Shown: positions 42,100 through 53,050, numbered from the stretch's first letter. The stretch: DNA of 64,000 bases from an uncultured Christensenellaceae bacterium (GCA_944376795.1 CALWDW010000001.1:126106-190105), one strand, 5' to 3'. Numbers and translations are program-made. Notes: generated from the sequence alone by a model not told the origin.

Positions 42100-43185
42100 C
42101 TATGATTGCTTCATATAGTGCCGGTAGAGCGCATCAAAGGAGGAAAACTGCTGGATCTCCAGTCCAAGCCGGGCATACTCCTCCTCATATCCTACCGCCA
42201 CCCGGAGGAACGCCTCCCTGCCCTTCTCCAGGTCGCCGCAATCAAAGTCCTTCATCAAATCTACCGCTGGCATGCCGTGTTCCCGCGTCATTTCCTCCGC
42301 ATACGCCTGAGCCCCGACCATGGTGAGAAATACATAAGAGGGATCCTGCTGGCTGACGGCCCACTCCATTTTGTTGTAATAATTACAGAAGAGCTCTTCG
42401 TACGTACCCGCAAGGCTCTCCTTCGTCGGCACCGGTGCCGGAACACACGCCTGAACCATCTCCTGGTAGAGCTTCTCTGCAGCCAGCAGCATGGCTTTCG
42501 CCGCGCTTCGGAGCTCTTCCACGGTCTTGGCCCCCAGCAGACTGCAATAAAGCGCTTCGAATCCCTCTGGCACATAGGAATAGGCCCGGATTTCCTCCCA
42601 ATATCGGCGAATCCCGCGCTTGAGATAGGTGTTGTTCATGTGGATAACCGCCTGGATGAGTTCATATACCATCAGCCCTGCCGCATAACGCACGCCGCCT
42701 ATGCCCTCCTCCAGCATCATCTGCGCAAAGTGCTGCTTGGCCTGGTCCAGACTCTTCACAGCCCTCCCCAGGCAGTCGGCGCCTATGGGCTTGGCAAGAC
42801 GCTCACGGGCCCGCTGCTGGTACCCGGCGAAGCGCGCGGCATACTCCGGCTTGGCGCAGTATAGAATCTGCAAATCCAGCAGGTGGGAAACCATGGGACT
42901 ATCCAGGTTGGCCTCCTCCTTAAGGCGTCCATTCCACTCGGTACAGTAGATATCGTACCCTACGCCATCATACAAGAAGGCATCGGCGATCTGCCAACCA
43001 CGTTGGGTATTATTGATAATGATAAGGTCCAGATCACTCTTCTCATGGTAATCTCCCGTGGAGAACGACCCGGTCAATCCAATGAGCGCTATGTCGTCCG
43101 GAAAATCCCTCTGCGCACGCTCGACCACCATGGCAATCAGCTTTCGATTCTTTTCCTCAATCCTCTCGCGCGTCTGTGCGTCCAT
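42100..43185 (-). CDS. Pol-beta-superfamily nucleotidyltransferase (KNTase-like architecture)
   Basis: TGSFSTGDYHEKSDLDL motif followed by helical domains. Confidence 0.72.
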   Translation of the reverse strand: MDAQTRERIEEKNRKLIAMVVERAQRDFPDDIALIGLTGSFSTGDYHEKSDLDLIIINNTQRGWQIADAFLYDGVGYDIYCTEWNGRLKEEANLDSPMVSHLLDLQILYCAKPEYAARFAGYQQRARERLAKPIGADCLGRAVKSLDQAKQHFAQMMLEEGIGGVRYAAGLMVYELIQAVIHMNNTYLKRGIRRYWEEIRAYSYVPEGFEALYCSLLGAKTVEELRSAAKAMLLAAEKLYQEMVQACVPAPVPTKESLAGTYEELFCNYYNKMEWAVSQQDPSYVFLTMVGAQAYAEEMTREHGMPAVDLMKDFDCGDLEKGREAFLRVAVGYEEEYARLGLEIQQFSSFDALYRHYMKQS

Positions 43186-43246
43186 GCTGCCTTTCCCCTC
43201 CTCTAAATCCCGCCATAGGGCCAGTTTCCCATTAAACCCCTAATAC

Positions 43247-43277
43247 AAAAAGCCACGCCTCCCCCAGGAAGCGTGGC
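43247..43277 (-). terminator. Terminator after yajC
   Basis: GCCACGC-loop-GCGTGGC followed by TTTTT on the minus strand. Confidence 0.65.
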
Positions 43278-43316
43278 ACGGAACCATTAGCCGTTATGCG
43301 AAGCGCGCGAAAAACC

Positions 43317-43619
43317 CTAGTCCTTCATTTCGTTTTCGACAGGGGAATCTTCCACGCTGCCGATGGCGCGGCGCTCAAATACCAATTCCACCTTGCCGGG
43401 GCCCACTTCCATCGTCACGGTGTCATCCTTGATGGCGGTAATCCGGCCATAGATGCCGCCGATGCTCTTCACCCGGTCTCCCACCTTCAGGTTGGCCAGC
43501 ATGTTGTTAATGGCCTTCTGCTTCTTCTGCTGGGGCCGGATCAGCATGAAGTAAAACACGGCCACAATCGCCACCAGGGGAAGAACATTCATCACAATCG
43601 CCATGACTTGTTCGCTCAT
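43317..43619 (-). CDS. yajC: Preprotein translocase subunit YajC
   Basis: FYFMLIRPQQKKQK, LKVGDRV.SIGGIYG; lies downstream of tgt. Confidence 0.94.
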   Translation of the reverse strand: MSEQVMAIVMNVLPLVAIVAVFYFMLIRPQQKKQKAINNMLANLKVGDRVKSIGGIYGRITAIKDDTVTMEVGPGKVELVFERRAIGSVEDSPVENEMKD

Positions 43620-43682
43620 TGTCTCTACCTACTCCTCAACACATAAAATCCGTACACACTATACCGTATTTTCCCAGGAAAT

Positions 43683-44849
<1,167 letters not shown>

Positions 44850-45788
44850 TTATCCCACGGGCCGCAGCTCCACACGATCCAGCAAGCGCCGGTACAGGCC
44901 GGCATCAATGAGCTTGGTTCCTTCGGTGGTGACGCTGGACGATGCGGCAGCAACCCCGTGGCGAAGCACGTCCGCACCGGTCAGACCCAACTGCAGCGCA
45001 TGGAGCATCCCGGCCACCATGGAGTCCCCAGCCCCCACCGTGGACCGAACCGGCACCTGCATAGGCGGCGCAAACCAGGCGCCGTCCTTTTCCGCCAGGT
45101 AAGCGCCGTCCCCGCCCATGGAAACCGCCACCACCGCAATTCCCTGATCCAGCAGATCACGGGCGGCGCCGTCAATAGCCTCCAGGCTGTCCATTTTCCG
45201 TCCACAGAGGAGCTCCAGCTCATATTGGTTCGGCTTGATCATATAGGGCTTGGCCCGCAGTCCCAGCCGCAGGCGCTCGCCCTCGGCGTCCAGCAGCACC
45301 CGGCATTCCGGCGCCGCCTCCCGGATACGGTGCGTCAGCGTCTCGTAGATATCCAGGGGACATCCCGGAGGTGTGCTGCCCGTAAGCACCATGTACGTGG
45401 ACTTCCGCGCCCAGTCCAATGTCTTGGCCATAACTTCTTCCAAGGTTTCCGGCGCAAGAGGGCTTCCCGGCTCATTGATCTCTGTAATTCGCCCCGTTGA
45501 AGCATCCAGCACCTTCATATTGACGCGAACAGGAACGTCCATCTTGACCCAATCCCCAAGGCACCCCGTTCCCGCAAAGCGCTGCAGCACCACCTGTCCG
45601 TTTCCCACGCCCATGGTACCCACACAGACCGCCTCTTCGCCGATTTGATCCAGCGCCAGGGCTACATTGACGCCCTTGCCGCTGCCATCCTCCCGGGCTG
45701 CTTTGACGCGGTTCATGCCGCCGTAGCAAAATGCCTCCACGGTTACCGTTTTGTCCACACAGGGGTTCAGACAAAGTGCCGCAATCAT
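44850..45788 (-). CDS. 1-phosphofructokinase/LacC-family hexose kinase (PfkB)
   Basis: LNPCVD, GKGVNVA, TEINEPG, IKPN..EL, VSMGGDGA, STVGAGDSMVAG. Confidence 0.9.
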   Translation of the reverse strand: MIAALCLNPCVDKTVTVEAFCYGGMNRVKAAREDGSGKGVNVALALDQIGEEAVCVGTMGVGNGQVVLQRFAGTGCLGDWVKMDVPVRVNMKVLDASTGRITEINEPGSPLAPETLEEVMAKTLDWARKSTYMVLTGSTPPGCPLDIYETLTHRIREAAPECRVLLDAEGERLRLGLRAKPYMIKPNQYELELLCGRKMDSLEAIDGAARDLLDQGIAVVAVSMGGDGAYLAEKDGAWFAPPMQVPVRSTVGAGDSMVAGMLHALQLGLTGADVLRHGVAAASSSVTTEGTKLIDAGLYRRLLDRVELRPVG

Positions 45789-45810
45789 GGGATTTCCTCC
45801 TTTTCCTCAC

Positions 45811-45857
45811 AAAAAAGCCCCGCCGCCGGAGATGCAGCCGCATGCCCGGGGTGAAGC
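45811..45857 (-). terminator. Terminator directly after the raiA-motif RNA and directly before the pfkB RBS
   Basis: GCTTCACCCCGGGCATGC-loop-GCATCTCCGGCGGCGGGGC followed by TTTTTT. Confidence 0.65.
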
Positions 45858-45874
45858 CCAAATCCCTCGAAATG

Positions 45875-46077
45875 CTCCCGGGGCTGACCTGGTCTTTGAC
45901 CCCACACCCGCCAGCTGGAGGTTTTGCTCGGGGTGCATACCCGTCACGCTTCCCTCTCTCAGGTGGTCCTGGCTGGACTTACTTCTAAACCGCGCCATGC
46001 TCCCCGGGCTTTGCCCGGCTTACGTGGATCGTTTTGCCCGCGGCTGGCATCGACTTGCAACCACAGACCCCCGGAAG
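45875..46077 (-). ncRNA. raiA-motif RNA (large structured ncRNA)
   Basis: The minus strand carries the blocks I recall from the clostridial raiA RNA: GTGGTTGCAAGTCGATGCCAG, GGCAAAACGATCCACGTAAG, GAGCATGGCGCGGTTTAGAAGTAAGTCC, CCAGCTGGCGGGTGTGGGGTCAAAGACCAGGTC. The ends pair (CCGGGGGTC / CAGCCCCGG). It lies downstream of comF, as is typical. Confidence 0.9.
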
Positions 46078-46084
46078 TATTTTC

Positions 46085-46113
46085 ATTATACCGTATACAG
46101 GAAGGATTGACAA
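46085..46113 (-). promoter_or_regulatory. sigmaA-type promoter of the raiA-motif RNA
   Basis: TTGTCA-N17-TATAAT ending about 7 nt before the RNA 5' end. Confidence 0.8.
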
Positions 46114-46129
46114 GCGTAAGCCTCGAACC

Positions 46130-46885
46130 CTATTCCCCTTCTGCATGTTCCTGTGCACCCAGGGAATTCCCGGCCAGCGCGGCAGCCGTTACCTCCCGGC
46201 AGCCACGGCGCACAAGAATTTCCGCCGTCTGATGCAGCGTCGTCCCGGTGGTGGAGATATCATCCAGAAGCAACAATCGCTTTCCCGCTGCCCGGTCAAT
46301 CCCCGTTCCCGGTTCGTACCGCCCACTGTCGTGCATACGCTCCTCATGGCTCATGGCAAACTTAGGCCGCGTATGTCCCCGCCGTGCCAGCACATCCCGC
46401 CACCACGGAATGCCCAATTCCTCCGAAACCGCTCGTGCCGCCACCTCGGTCACATTATATCCGCGGCGAAGCCGACGCATCCAGTGGATGGGCACTGGAA
46501 TGATTCCATCAAAATCCGTCCATCCCCGGTCTCGCAGCGCCCGCGCCAGCGCGCATCCCAACGCATAGGCGGCGCGCTGATCGTTCTCAAACTTGGCGCG
46601 GTGCAGCGCCTCCCGCACCTTTCCCTGGTAGAAAAACAGAATTATCCCCCGCCGGTATGCCGGCGGACGCGCCCTGCAGTTATAGCACAGCCCACGCTTC
46701 GCTACGCTGCGCCCGCATAGGGGGCAGAAGGGCTCGGTGTGCCGCAAAACCGACCGGCGGCATCGGGTGCAGAGGCCATCCTCTCCCACCTCCACTTCAC
46801 TTCCACACAGCCAGCAATCCCTCTGATGTGGAAAGAGCAGATCGCGCAAGGCGAAGCCACGGCCCGGCGCGTAAATCGTTCTCAT
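46130..46885 (-). CDS. comF: ComF family protein (double zinc ribbon plus phosphoribosyltransferase domain)
   Basis: CWLC, CTRC, CPLC, CYNC; IPVPIH, RGYN, LLLDDISTTGTT. Confidence 0.9.
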   Translation of the reverse strand: MRTIYAPGRGFALRDLLFPHQRDCWLCGSEVEVGEDGLCTRCRRSVLRHTEPFCPLCGRSVAKRGLCYNCRARPPAYRRGIILFFYQGKVREALHRAKFENDQRAAYALGCALARALRDRGWTDFDGIIPVPIHWMRRLRRGYNVTEVAARAVSEELGIPWWRDVLARRGHTRPKFAMSHEERMHDSGRYEPGTGIDRAAGKRLLLLDDISTTGTTLHQTAEILVRRGCREVTAAALAGNSLGAQEHAEGE

Positions 46886-49119
46886 GACTCCTCCTCCAGC
46901 CCGTTCAACGTACGCAGGGCCTGTCCCAGCCCACTGTATCGCCGCACTACGGTATTGTTGGCCACCATGGCGGCAATGGTCTTCTCCTGTCCGACAATCA
47001 CCACCATTTTTTTGGCTCGCGTCACGGCGGTATAAAGAAGGTTTCGCGTCAGAAGGCGTCCAGAGCCGGACAGGAGGGGCAGGATGACCACGGGGAATTC
47101 GCTGCCCTGGCTCTTGTGAATGGAGATGGCATAGGCCAGCGTCAGGTCCTCAGCCATGGAAAAGGGATAGCTGGCCCGCCGTCCATCATCAAAGAGGATC
47201 GTCATTTCCCGTACGGAAGGCGCAATCTGGAGAATGATGCCTCCATCGCCGTTAAAGACGCCCTTTCCTTCCACCTCCGCGCCATTGTCCATGACACGTT
47301 TCCACTCCAACTGATAGTTGTTCCGAATTTGCATCACCTTGTCTCCCTCTCGGAAGACCATCTCACCGTATTGGAATTCTCCCTTGCTGGCATCGGGCGG
47401 GTTGAAGGTTTCCTGGAGGCGCTGGTTGAATCGATGTACCCCCACTTCGCCTTTTTTCATTGGAGCCATGACCTGGATATCCTGCAGCGGGTCGCAACCG
47501 AGATACCCCGGTATCCGATACCCTACCATATCGCGCACGGTAGTAAATACGGTCTCTGCCGTAGACTGGCTGGAGAAAAAGAAGTCTTTCCCCCCGCGCA
47601 GCAAAGGCATTTCCCCATGATTGATCCGGTGGGCGTTGACCACGATGCGGCTCTCCTGGGCTTGACGGAAGATTTCGGTAAGCCGACCCACCGGTATCAC
47701 GCCGCTGTCCAGGATATTTCGCAATACATTGCCTGGGCCTACGGATGGAAGCTGGTCGGCATCTCCCACCAGGATCAGCCGCGTTCCCGGCCGAACCGAA
47801 CGAAGAAAGGAGCGCATCAGCAGCAGATCCACCATGGACATCTCATCCAGCACCACGCACTGGCACTCCAGCGGGTTTTCGTCATTCCGCTGGAACGCTG
47901 GCTCGTCATCCTCCCCGTCCTCCGCGCCGTAGCCGTATTCCAGCAACCGATGGATGGTGCGGGCCTCATGCCCGGTAGATTCCTGCATTCGCTTGGCAGC
48001 CCGGCCTGTAGGGGCCGCCAATTCCACCGTCTCCCCCGTCTGCTCCAGCACATGGATCAAGCACGCAATGGTGGTGGTCTTTCCGGTTCCAGGCCCACCG
48101 GTAATCACCGTCACGCCGCTGCGCAGCGAAGTTAACACGCAGTTCCTCTGCTCCTGGGAGAGGGTTACGGTCCGCATGTCCGCCACCATGTCCACCAAGC
48201 CCTCCAAATCCTCTGCCGGCTGCCGCACGGGAGTATGCACCAAGAGCAGCAGACGCTCCGCCACCTCCAGCTCCGCGCTGTACATCTGGCTGGTGTAACA
48301 AAACTCCTGCCCATCCAAATGGCGGGTCACCAGATCCCGTGAAACGCTCAGGCGGGTATAGGTCTCTTCCACCTTCTCCCGGGAAATCCCCAGCAGCCGG
48401 GCGCTTTGAGAAATAAGCTCCTCCCGCGGTAGGCAGACATGGCCATCCTGCTGGGCCACGTCCTGGAGAACGTAAATCATGCCGTTTTCAATTCGCCGGG
48501 GATCATCGTGCGCAATGCCAAGACTCTGGGCGATCTGGTCGGCAGTACGAAAGCCCACGCCACGAATATCCCGCACCAGTCGGTAAGGATTCTGCCGGAT
48601 GATCTCCACCGTCCGATTCTCATACCGTTTCATAATTTTGGCGATAATTCCCTGGCCCAGCCGCAGCGACTGGAGGAATACCATGGTATCCTGCACATGG
48701 CGTTTTTCCAGCACCGCCTCCGAAATGGCCAGTGCGCGCTTGCGCCCGATTCCCTCGATCTTGGCCAGCCGCTCGGGATCGGTAGCGATGATATCCAGCG
48801 CCGCCATACCCAATTCCTCCACAATACGGGCGGCCGTCTTTTCACCCACGCCCTTGATGGCTCCACTGGCCAGATAGCGTTCCAGGCCTTCGGTGCTGTC
48901 GGGCTCCAGCGCGCGGCAGATCTCCGCCTTAAACTGCTCGCCATAGGTCGGATGGGTGATCCAGTTCCCGGAAAGCTCCACGGTCTCCCCCTCATGGAGA
49001 AAGGCCAGCGTCCCCACTGCGGTGAAAAAGGCGTCTCCCTGGGACAGTTCCACCACTGCGTAGCCGTTTTCCTCATTGGCGTATACAAACCCCTCTACCA
49101 TACCGGTTACCGTCTCCAT
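46882..49119 (-). CDS. recD2: ATP-dependent RecD-like DNA helicase RecD2
   Basis: NEENGYAV, YGEQF, IKGVG, NPYRL, GGPGTGKTT, APTGRAAKR, TIHRLL, LAYAISIHKSQGSEF; ATG 49119 with an AGGAGG RBS. Confidence 0.95.
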   Translation of the reverse strand: METVTGMVEGFVYANEENGYAVVELSQGDAFFTAVGTLAFLHEGETVELSGNWITHPTYGEQFKAEICRALEPDSTEGLERYLASGAIKGVGEKTAARIVEELGMAALDIIATDPERLAKIEGIGRKRALAISEAVLEKRHVQDTMVFLQSLRLGQGIIAKIMKRYENRTVEIIRQNPYRLVRDIRGVGFRTADQIAQSLGIAHDDPRRIENGMIYVLQDVAQQDGHVCLPREELISQSARLLGISREKVEETYTRLSVSRDLVTRHLDGQEFCYTSQMYSAELEVAERLLLLVHTPVRQPAEDLEGLVDMVADMRTVTLSQEQRNCVLTSLRSGVTVITGGPGTGKTTTIACLIHVLEQTGETVELAAPTGRAAKRMQESTGHEARTIHRLLEYGYGAEDGEDDEPAFQRNDENPLECQCVVLDEMSMVDLLLMRSFLRSVRPGTRLILVGDADQLPSVGPGNVLRNILDSGVIPVGRLTEIFRQAQESRIVVNAHRINHGEMPLLRGGKDFFFSSQSTAETVFTTVRDMVGYRIPGYLGCDPLQDIQVMAPMKKGEVGVHRFNQRLQETFNPPDASKGEFQYGEMVFREGDKVMQIRNNYQLEWKRVMDNGAEVEGKGVFNGDGGIILQIAPSVREMTILFDDGRRASYPFSMAEDLTLAYAISIHKSQGSEFPVVILPLLSGSGRLLTRNLLYTAVTRAKKMVVIVGQEKTIAAMVANNTVVRRYSGLGQALRTLNGLEEES

Positions 49120-49189
49120 GGTTAGCCTCCTTACCAATCTGGAATCATTATAGCCCATTTCTTCCAAGAGAGGAAGAGGCGGCGCAGGC

Positions 49190-49221
49190 AAAAAACGCGG
49201 CCTTCCTAAGGGAAGGCCGCG
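49190..49221 (-). terminator. Terminator after the MATE gene
   Basis: CGCGGCCTTCC-loop-GGAAGGCCGCG followed by TTTTTT. Confidence 0.7.
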
Positions 49222-49276
49222 AGGAACCAAGTGCAACCAGTGCGTTTCCCGCGCAAGCAGCCAATGCAGCCCGGCG

Positions 49277-50674
49277 TCAGGAGGACTGTTCCGCCTGGAG
49301 CAGCAACTCATCCTCGGGTATTTTCCTCGTCAAACGCCGCACCCAGCGATAGCTGTTGACCTCAAAGACCGCCACAAAGCACTTCAGGATCTGATCGCTC
49401 TTCAGGCAGATGAACACAATCAGCGGAGATGTCTGCCAGACAAAGGCGCATAGCGCCGAAGAAGGCAGCACCAACAGCCACATGAAGATCAGGTCATTGA
49501 AAAGCACAAACTTGGTGTGTCCGCCGCCGCGCACGATACCCGTTAGGCACGCCACCTGATAGGAGGTACCCACCAGCGTCACCGAGAGCACCATGATGAA
49601 TTGATCAGACAGGGTCTTGGCCTCTGCAGAAACTGCGTAGAAACCGATGATCAAATCCTTAAGGGCATACAGGATCGCACCACTGGCCAGGCCGATCAGC
49701 AGGAAGAGCACCTGCAGCGTGCGGGTGTATTCCTTGAGCTTGTCCATATCTCCCAAGCCCACCGTTTTGCCGGCAATGACCCCTGCCGCACTGGCGCCGC
49801 CGTACGCCATGACCGAAACCACGGAAAATACCGATGAGGCAATGCTGTTGGCAGCAATGGCCGCGCCGCCCATATGCCCCAGGATAGCCGTCTGCACACC
49901 CATGGCAATTCCCCACGTTGCCCCGGACAGAATCACGGGCATGGCTACACGGACGTAATCCCGGGAAAGCTCACGATCCAGCAGGAAAAATTCCCGGAAA
50001 CGGATGCGCAGTTTTTTCTCCCTGCATCCCACATAGACCAATACAATGCAGAACTCAATCATCCGCGAAACCAGCGTAGCGATGGCCGCGCCGGCCGATC
50101 CCAGTCGTGGAAATCCAAAGTGGCCAAAAATCAGAACATAATTCAAGCAGATGTTGATGAGCAGCGTGGACATCGAGATCACTACGCCGATCCGGACGTC
50201 CTCCACACTGCGCAGAGCCGAAAGCATGACCGTGGTAAAGCTGAAGAAAGCATAACTCCAGCATATCACCCGAAGATACCGGATTCCCTCCTCAATGACC
50301 CCGACGTCGCTGGTCAGCAGCGCCAGGCTCTGCCTGGGGAAAAGAAAGGTCACCAGAGTGAAGAGCGCGCCCGTTGCCACGCCGATGTAGAGGCCGATGT
50401 TCATGACCTTCTTAATGGGCTGGATTTGCTTCTGTCCCCAGTACTGGCTGGCCAGCACCACAATGCCTTCCCCCACCCCGTTGATAACCATTTGCAGCAG
50501 GAATTGAATCTGATTGACCAGGGCCGCGCCGGACAGCGCGTCCTCACTGTAGGCGCCCAGCATGACGTTGTCCGCCAGATTGACCGCGCAGATAATGACA
50601 TTCTGCAGCGCAATGAAGGACACCATGGCAAAAAACTTCCTATAGAATTCCTTGTCCCGCGATAAGAACCTCAT
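49277..50674 (-). CDS. MATE-family efflux transporter
   Basis: NLADNVMLG, SQYWG, NYVLIFG..GFP.LG..GAAIAT, about 12 TM helices. Confidence 0.9.
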   Translation of the reverse strand: MRFLSRDKEFYRKFFAMVSFIALQNVIICAVNLADNVMLGAYSEDALSGAALVNQIQFLLQMVINGVGEGIVVLASQYWGQKQIQPIKKVMNIGLYIGVATGALFTLVTFLFPRQSLALLTSDVGVIEEGIRYLRVICWSYAFFSFTTVMLSALRSVEDVRIGVVISMSTLLINICLNYVLIFGHFGFPRLGSAGAAIATLVSRMIEFCIVLVYVGCREKKLRIRFREFFLLDRELSRDYVRVAMPVILSGATWGIAMGVQTAILGHMGGAAIAANSIASSVFSVVSVMAYGGASAAGVIAGKTVGLGDMDKLKEYTRTLQVLFLLIGLASGAILYALKDLIIGFYAVSAEAKTLSDQFIMVLSVTLVGTSYQVACLTGIVRGGGHTKFVLFNDLIFMWLLVLPSSALCAFVWQTSPLIVFICLKSDQILKCFVAVFEVNSYRWVRRLTRKIPEDELLLQAEQSS

Positions 50675-50847
50675 ACTACCGCCTTTCCGTGCATCGAAGG
50701 AGCACTGCCTCCGGCTGTCTGCACTTTCCCATGAACATGGGTAGTATAGTCATTCCCTCGTCCCTTGTCAATGAACGAAATCCACCAAAAGGCGCCACGA
50801 AAACACAAAGAAACGCCGAGGGCTGCTCCTGGCGTTTCTTAGAGAAT

Positions 50848-52290
50848 CTACTCTTTTGCGGCCTCCATTGCCGCGCGCATGACGGTTTCCACCGGAACCT
50901 CGGCCCGCCGCGCCGCGTCCGCAGCCTGGTCATATTCCGGCTTACACTTCTCCAGGCCATAGCCTGTTGCCGTTTTCACATCCAGGTCGCCGTAAGGCGT
51001 TGTCACCCGCCGTCTCCCGGTCCGCATAATGTGCCGGGTACAGCGGGAGGAGCGCACGCCGATGGTGGTGGTGTACTCCAGCATGAGACGGGCCATGCGG
51101 TCATGATCCTCCGGGCGGCACAAGCAGGTAAGCATAGTCGCCGGACGGCTCTTTTTCATTTGAATGGAGGTAGCAAAGACATCCAGCGCCCCGCGCTCCC
51201 GCAGGATCTCCATGGCAAATCCCATCGCTTCCGCCGTCATATCATCCAGATTGCATGTCAGCTCCACAATCTCATCGGCCAAGCCGCCGGTTTCCCCCCA
51301 AAAAGCCCGCACGCAGTTGGCAGCCGGGAAGTCCTTCTTCCCCATTCCGTAGCCAATCTTTTCCACCGTCATCACCGGCATGGGGCCAAAGTCCGTGGCA
51401 AAGTGGGCCGCCAGCGCCGCACCGGTCGGCGTGCAGAGCTCCCCGCGTATTGCGCCGCCGTAGAACGGGATCCCCCGGAGGATATAGGCTGTGGCAGGCG
51501 CCGGGACCGGCAGAATGCCGTGGGCACAGCGAACCTGTCCACTTCCTACATGAATAGGCGAAACCACTACCTGCTTCGGCCGCAATTCCTCCATCAGCAT
51601 GGAGCAGGCCACAATGTCGGCGATGGCGTCCAGTTCTCCTACCTCATGGAAATGGATCTGTTCCACCGGAACCCCATGGGCATGAGCCTCCGCCTGGGCG
51701 ATGAGGGCGTACACCGCCTGGGCGTGGGCCTTGACCGCATCGTCCACCGGAAGCAAGGCGATACGGCGGTTGATATCCTCCATGCCTGCATGGTGGTGGG
51801 GATGCTCATGGTCGTGGGAGTGCTCATGGTCATGCGGGTGCTCGTGATCATGCGGATGCTCGTGGTCGTGCGGATGCTCATGGTCATGCGGATGCTCGTG
51901 GTCGTGGGGGTGCTCATGGTCGTGCGGGTGTTCGTGGTCGTGGGGGTGCTCATGGTCGTGCGGGTGTTCGTGGTCATGCGGATGCTCATGGTCATGCGGG
52001 TGTTCGTGGTCATGCGGATGCTCATGATCGTGCGGATGCTCGTGGTCGTGCGGATGCTCGTGACCAAAATCTTCCACCCGCTCTTCCTCCCGTCCCGCCA
52101 ACTTCACTGTGGCGTGCGTACCCCAAACGCCGCACTTCTGCGACGGCTCCGCGGTAACGCGCACGCCCTCCGGCATAGCGGCCTGTATGCGCCGAAGCGA
52201 AGCCTCCCGATCCTCCACCAGCTCCAAAAGGGCGGCCATCAGCATATCTCCCGCAATCCCCATATTACACTCCAAGTAGAGGGTTTTCAT
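50848..52290 (-). CDS. larC: Nickel-pincer cofactor nickel insertase LarC (single ORF)
   Basis: LECNMGIAGDM, AEAHAHG...IHFHEVG..DAIADI, AHGILPVPAPAT, ELCTPTGAA, NLDD, MKKSRP, KPEYD. Confidence 0.94.
   Translation of the reverse strand: MKTLYLECNMGIAGDMLMAALLELVEDREASLRRIQAAMPEGVRVTAEPSQKCGVWGTHATVKLAGREEERVEDFGHEHPHDHEHPHDHEHPHDHEHPHDHEHPHDHEHPHDHEHPHDHEHPHDHEHPHDHEHPHDHEHPHDHEHPHDHEHPHDHEHSHDHEHPHHHAGMEDINRRIALLPVDDAVKAHAQAVYALIAQAEAHAHGVPVEQIHFHEVGELDAIADIVACSMLMEELRPKQVVVSPIHVGSGQVRCAHGILPVPAPATAYILRGIPFYGGAIRGELCTPTGAALAAHFATDFGPMPVMTVEKIGYGMGKKDFPAANCVRAFWGETGGLADEIVELTCNLDDMTAEAMGFAMEILRERGALDVFATSIQMKKSRPATMLTCLCRPEDHDRMARLMLEYTTTIGVRSSRCTRHIMRTGRRRVTTPYGDLDVKTATGYGLEKCKPEYDQAADAARRAEVPVETVMRAAMEAAKE
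51790..52062 (-). repeat. 18-bp tandem repeat encoding (HEHPHD)13-HEHSHD-HEHPHH-H inside larC
   Basis: 15 units with synonymous variation; 91 aa containing 47 His. Confidence 0.95.
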
Positions 52291-52294
52291 GTTC

Positions 52295-53050
52295 CTAGCC
52301 TCCTATATGATTGATCATGCTGGCCAAATAACCGGCGCCGAAGCCATTGTCGATATTGACAACGCTGACGCCGCTGGCACAGGAGTTCAGCATGGACAGC
52401 AGCGCGGACAGCCCTTGGAAATTGGCGCCATAGCCCACGGAGGTGGGCACCGCAATCACCGGGCAGTCCACCAGACCGCCAATCACACTGGCCAAGGCGC
52501 CTTCCATGCCTGCCACAGCCACAATAACCTTGGCCTGCATCAGCACATCCAGCCGGGACAGCAGGCGGTGCAACCCGGCAACCCCTACGTCATAGAGGCG
52601 AACCACACGATTGCCCAATACCTCCGCCGTCAGCGCCGCCTCCTCTGAAACCGGCATATCGCTGGTACCCCCGGTAGCCACCACAATGGTTCCCGTCCCC
52701 TGGGGAGCGGGCATTTCTCCCACAATGCCGATGCGGGCTATGGGATAGTAGGTCATCGCAATGCGCTGGGTCAGCCAGTCGGCACAGGGCTGATCGATGC
52801 GGGTAATCAGCACGTTTTTCTGCCCGCGCGCCACCATAGCCTCCGCAATGCCGGCAATCTGCTCGGGTGTCTTCCCCGCGCCATAGATCACCTCGGCGAT
52901 GCCTTGGCGCATGGCCCGATGATGATCCACCTTGGCATAGCCCAGGTCATCCTCATAGGGATCCATACGAAATCGAAGCAGCGCCTCTTGGGGCGTCACC
53001 GTACCATCCCGCAGCGCCTCGCAGAGGCGCAATATCTCATCCTGTCTCAT
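52295..53050 (-). CDS. larB: Nickel-pincer cofactor carboxylase/hydrolase LarB
   Basis: AKVDHHR..RQG..EVIYG.GKT, GGTSDMPV.EEA, DVGVAGLHRL, AGMEGAL, PTSVGYG, VNIDNGFGA. Confidence 0.95.
   Translation of the reverse strand: MRQDEILRLCEALRDGTVTPQEALLRFRMDPYEDDLGYAKVDHHRAMRQGIAEVIYGAGKTPEQIAGIAEAMVARGQKNVLITRIDQPCADWLTQRIAMTYYPIARIGIVGEMPAPQGTGTIVVATGGTSDMPVSEEAALTAEVLGNRVVRLYDVGVAGLHRLLSRLDVLMQAKVIVAVAGMEGALASVIGGLVDCPVIAVPTSVGYGANFQGLSALLSMLNSCASGVSVVNIDNGFGAGYLASMINHIGG

Noticed and set aside
45875-46077. tmRNA, 6S RNA or RNase P as the identity of this RNA
   Set aside because: It has no tRNA-like ends or tag ORF and no RNase P signature; the conserved blocks and comF linkage fit the raiA motif.
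51790-52062. Tandem repeat as a possible CRISPR array
   Set aside because: It has no unique spacers and no cas genes; it is an in-frame coding repeat.
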